Assembly (NCBI GenBank): GCA_013265495.1
Contig: MU058009.1
Span: 1,428,001 to 1,492,000, forward strand
From: Vicugna vicugna
Lineage: Eukaryota
Direction: 5' to 3'
Length of the DNA stretch: 64,000 nucleotides
In this document: one piece after another, positions 62,361-64,000 of the stretch
How positions within the stretch are numbered: the stretch's first letter is position 1
Layout: every line of letters begins with the position of its first letter
The notes under the pieces: generated by a model
What the model saw: only the letters and a program-made list of their open reading frames with translations
What the model was told of the DNA's origin: nothing
The model's database searches: none
Position numbers and translations under genes: made by a program

Positions 62361-63848
62361 GTAACATGTCCATGGGTCCTAGAGATGCATGAGGAAACTG
62401 GCGTCATTTGCTTGCTCAGGAATCTGAGGGGAGACAGAGAGCGAGACAGAAATTTTACCAGTCATAATGGTGCCTGTGTTAAGACGGATAACCAGCTCTT
62501 CCCGCCCACATCAAGAAGACAACAGATGCCTAAATTTGCACAGAAGCAAACACAATTTATATTAATGTTGTGAAATAACACCAGGACGCTGAGGAGTGGT
62601 GTGAGCTGGAATCCGACAGTTCGGGAACAGCAGATGACCCTGTGGGATGTCCAATCTATTTAAGCACACATCATGTTGTTTCATCCATAATGACCCCATG
62701 ATTTTAATTCCACTGAAATAGTTCTTTGGGGCTTTGGATGCACTTAAAGATCCATTTCTTCACTTAAATGAGGACAATCTCATAGTTTAAGTAAATTTAT
62801 GTTTTAATGTTGGGAAACCAATAGAAAATATCATAAAAATAAAATCTCAACCATGTGTTCTCTGGCGTAAAACGGTACGTGTAATAGAAAATGGGCAGAG
62901 GGCGTAATTAGGAACCACTGGTCTATGCCGCTTGTGCAATTTATTTGTGGCAGTGAAAGGCATTCATCTTCTGAACAAAAAATGCATTCTGGACAAATTG
63001 AATACTGAAAAAAAATGCAGCCTTCTCTTCTTTTCCTTCAACCAATGCAGTTGAAGACCAAAGTATAAATGCTTCTGAGGGAAAAACACAATATGGAGGA
63101 CGTTGGTTATTAATAAAGTCACTTACCTGGTTCAGATTTGAATCTATGTCAATCTTCCTTATTTTTTACCATCTGTGAAGAATTGGTTTCCTCCTTTCCT
63201 CTTCCCAACGACTGTATCCAGATTAAAAGGAATAAACAGATAAGGGAGAGGTGCTGTGACCGTATCACAGGGTAGAAGTTCAGCTGTTACTTAGAGTTGT
63301 TTTCCATCATTCTCTTATACTCATTGGCCTCTAAACTGTCCATTTTCTTTATTACCATTCTATCAGTAGTAATAATTGTATACACTATGCTGTAGAGAGC
63401 AGCTGATCCAGCTCAAATCCAAGGGTCAAATTCAAGGCAGTCAATCTGAAAATCTCCCTAAAACCCTCGTCAGTGATAAGAATACTGACAGTCAAAGCTT
63501 TTGAACCCATAAAGCAAAGATCTGAAAGGCAGGAGGAAAAACATAGAAAAGAATGCATCATAATCTGAAAACAATTTCCCCGCTCCAAAGAAGATAAAAA
63601 TCTGACCACAGGTAAGCAGAGAAGAACCAGAGAAAGGTGACCAGAATTTCAGTACTTGTAGTTCTTGGAAAAGGACCTTCACCTTCTGCAGCAACACCCA
63701 GGGAGAGATGCAGGGACCAGAATCCCCAGGGAAAACTTTGAATCTGTATGCCAGGGGTAGTGCAGCGGCAACCTCAGAGCAGAAGGAATGACTGCCTAGC
63801 TTCCCAGTGTCGTAGCCCTGGGAGCTGCAAGGCTTCGAAAGAAACTCA

Positions 63849-64000
63849 TTATTGAAGAGACTGCCTTCTCCATCGTATATTCCTGCCTCCTTTGTCATAG
63901 ATGAACTGGGCATAGATCTGCAGAAAACTCTCATTCAAAAAGACACATATACCCCACTGTTCACAGCAGCACTATTTACAATAGCCAAGACATGGAAACA
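63849..64000 (+). mobile_element. L1 ORF2 fragment with inverted 5' segment; continues beyond the window
   Basis: 63906-64000 reads LGIDLQKTLIQKDTYTPLFTAALFTIAKTWK on the plus strand. 63849-63908 is ORF2 (IYDKGG..I....SLFN) on the minus strand. Confidence 0.85.

Overview
Mammalian genomic DNA, most likely a camelid (alpaca/llama/camel). The evidence is a tRNA-derived vic-1-like SINE, several young cetartiodactyl/camelid-type L1 3' ends, and no Alu, Bov-A, PRE-1 or CAN-SINE elements. I find no protein-coding gene, and no intact tRNA, rRNA or recognisable miRNA. The only protein-like ORFs are decayed L1 ORF2, CR1 ORF2 and ERV-L dUTPase remnants. The window is intergenic or intronic and carries the usual repeats (L1, L2, MIR, L3/CR1, MLT1F, LTR33, MLT2/ERV-L, an ERV1-type LTR, MER33, MER5A1). 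It also has several orphan CpG-rich islands and motif-dense unique segments that look like an enhancer/lncRNA landscape. The most unusual directly visible structures are: a perfect 19-bp-stem hairpin at 36759-36803; a ~315-bp tandem duplication in an ERV-L relic whose two halves differ sharply in divergence; a 5'-inverted L1 at the right edge; and AT-to-GC-shifted old repeats suggesting GC-biased gene conversion. I cannot identify the locus or support a novel protein-based system. Repeat family names are from memory of consensus sequences, not from a database search.
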